From NCBI RefSeq assembly GCF_001447785.1, contig NW_015165882.1:31705-95704 (forward strand): a stretch of DNA of 64,000 nucleotides, read 5' to 3'. Both the position numbers and the translations under genes were made by a program. A model generated the notes under the pieces. The model was not told the DNA's origin. It saw nothing but the letters and a program-made list of their open reading frames with translations, and ran no database searches. Shown here in pieces: positions 61,192-64,000 of this stretch (positions are counted from its first letter, which is position 1; the number at the start of each line of letters is the position of its first letter). Source of the DNA: Gekko japonicus. Lineage: Eukaryota.

Positions 61192-64000
61192 GTATTGTTC
61201 TGACCCACATGCATGGAAGGCGCCAAGGCTTGCTACTGTAGCCAGGTTGTCCATTAGTCAGACTTGGTTTCTTGTTTCCTTCGTTCCTTTGCCCTGCCCC
61301 TCCTCTCAGCGTGCCCATGAAGAGAGACCGGAGGCACGGCAGTCCTGGGGACTAGCGGCAGGTTCTTCCGGGGGGGGGGGGGGGGTAGCTCTGTAACCTT
61401 TTGCGACCAAGCAGCTGGGACTTTGCTTGAGGACACTCTAGCTTTGCTTGACGACACTCTGACTGCTGTTTGTTTGAGGACACTCTAGCTCTGACTTTGA
61501 AAGCCACACAGATGCTTTCTGGACCTAAATTGGAAGGTGTTCTAATTCAGCAACTGCATTTGGCACCAGAAGTATGACTTTCACCTTTTGAGGCCTGCCT
61601 CACAACCATCTTGGTCATGTGTCTTTAGATCTTGCTGCTTAACCTTCCTCTTTCTGGTCCAATATTCACTTATTGGTTATCTTATTGCAATATGTATTTA
61701 AGTTACGTGTACCTCAATATTGTTTGATCCCTGAAGAAGGCCCCAATAGGGCAGAAACGCATCAGGCCATGTGTATTGGCCCTTGTGTTTGGGCTATACT
61801 TTTTTACGAGGCTTTCATTGGGCCCTTATGTATGTTTTTAACTGTCTTTCCAATACATACTTGTATTTTTGTATATTATAAGTTTTAACAAGGTTTTTAA
61901 TATTGGCCCTTCATTAGACTTTCTTCTCACCCTTTTGGTTCCTGATTCCAGTTTTTGGGTCAGGTTTGTTTTCCCCTCCCTGTGTCTTACTTCATAACCC
62001 ACCTGAGGCACCCGGCCTGTGTCTTAAAGATCACTGTCTTAGGGCGATCAGACACAAAGAAAGGTGGGACCCTGGTACTGGTGGAGACCAGTGTTCCCTC
62101 CCTAAGCTGAGTTAGTGTGAGCTGGCTCACCGTTTTTTTTACCCTCCGGCTCACACGTTTTTGTCTTAGCTCAGGAAGGATGGCCAGAGCAAACTTACTT
62201 ATGCAGTCGCCAAATCACCTGCCTGCTCGCAACTTTAATGCTGGTAGCTCACAAAGTAGAATTCTTGCTCACAGGACTCCACGGTTTAGAAGAAGAAGAA
62301 GAGATTGGATTTATACCCCGCCCTTCAGTACCCAAGGGAGTCTCAGAGCGGCTTACAAACTTCTTCCCCTTCCCCTCCCCACAACAGACACCCTGTGAGG
62401 CAGGTGGGGCTGAGAAAGCTCTGGCAGAAACTGCTCTTTTTCCAAGAGCAGCTGTGCCGGAACTACGGCTTGCCCAAGGTCATCCAGCAGGCGCAAGTGG
62501 AAGGGTGGGGGAATCAAACCCTCTCAGATTAGAGTCCGTGGACTTAACCACGACACCAAACTGGCTTAGAGGGAGCATTGTCCCTGGCCATAATTAGTTA
62601 TTTTCAACCCATTACATTTTTATCCTGCCCTTCCTGTGAGGAGCTCAGGGTGCTTCTCCCGTCCTCTCTCTGGCCCCAAACAGCCCCTCGGTCGTTGCTT
62701 CTCGGGTCACTCAAACCGTGACACCCCACTTCTCTTTTACTGGCTGCTTTAGTTTTCTTTCTCTGGATCCTTTGGGAAAAGGGGTATTCACCGCAGGACT
62801 GAACGGCGATTGTGTTTCTCCCCCCCCCCCCCCGTTTATGCCAATGGCTTCCAGATGGTGACAAGCGGGGCCCAGAGCAAAGCCATCAGCGACTGGCAGA
62901 TCACCAGCGTGGAGGTGAGTGCGGGAGAGTCGGCATGGTGTGGCCCGCTCTGCACGGGTGCTCTCCCTGTTTCCTTATTGTGAAAACGCATCCCCTGCCT
63001 TTCATCAAAAACAGTGACAATACAAATTCAGCCAAACCTATAAGCTGCAGGTGCGACAACGGTCAGGGCCAGGTGGTGGTGGACAGTGCCGTCAAGTCAC
63101 AGCCGACTTATGGCAGCCCCTCCTGGGGCTTTCAAGGCAAGAGATGTTCAGAGGTGGTTTGCCCTTGCCCTCTTCTGTGTGGCTACCCTGGACTTCCTTG
63201 GTGCTCTCCCATCCAAATACTAACCAGAGCTGCTTAACTTCTGAGATCCAGCCTGGGCTGTTCAGGCCAGGTCAGGTCAGGTCAGGGCTCAGCCCCTGTC
63301 AAAAACTGTATAAATATAAATACACTCCGTGAATGAATTATGAACATAAACAGAAAATTTTTATTGTATGGAACAATTGAAACATTTTGAAATATACACA
63401 CTCACCTTTTGCTTCTTATTCTGTTTACCTTGTTTGTTGTCAAAACCCACGGCTTTTTTTTGTAGCAGGAACCCTTTGCATGTTAGGCCACACACTCCTA
63501 ATGTAGCCAGTCCGAATGAGTTTCTGCTGTTGGGTGTGGCCTATTATGCTAATGAGTTCCTGCTGGGCGTGGCCAACTTGGGAGCCAGCCGGAACTCCAT
63601 TCCTGTGCATTCCGCTAGGAACAAAAAGTATTTGATACAAAGGGAGAATACATTTAGAGTCCACAATTCCTTTGTATAAAAAACTTCAGGAGTGCAATAG
63701 TTCCACGTCATATGTGAGTACAGCTATACACGGCTGGCTTTACTGCCGCATTCACATTACACTTCTTCAGATAGCTGGTACTCTTTAGCTGTGAATTGAA
63801 AATTATATTTCCACGTCATATTTACTATATTACAACATATTAACTGTTATCCCCAGTTGTCAGTACACACATACTCACTGAAATAGAGTTTCAACAATTC
63901 TCCTTCACTAGTTTTCCATTCGCTCCACTGATAGGTTCTCTTTCTGCCGATCAGGCTTCTGCAATAGTGGTGGTGATTAACACACATCATATGCCATTAA

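Overview
Vertebrate genomic DNA, most likely a squamate and probably a gecko (inferred from Sauria SINEs and a very abundant MIR/Squam3-like SINE). It comes from a draft assembly with five N gaps. Genes: two intronless HSP30-type small heat-shock genes (+; 4779-5309 and 9351-10013), FKBP8 (-; eight coding exons, 34678 to 13886), an intact KXD1 (+; 174 aa) and the 5' part of UBA52 (+). FKBP8-KXD1-UBA52 is the same order as human 19p13.11. The rest is dense in tRNA- and 5S-derived SINEs, hAT-type MITEs with 8-bp TSDs, L2/CR1/RTE/Penelope fragments and local tandem duplications. The main finding is that FKBP8 carries three separate structural lesions. (1) The TPR2 exon stops after ...KCLNNLA and runs into AT-rich filler. 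(2) A duplicate terminal-exon acceptor sits upstream of the real one and would give a protein lacking the membrane anchor. (3) A partial duplication of the first coding exon forms a potential in-frame 135-nt cassette exon. The second HSP30 has an N-terminal extension resembling a mitochondrial presequence. Family assignments are from recognition, not database searches.
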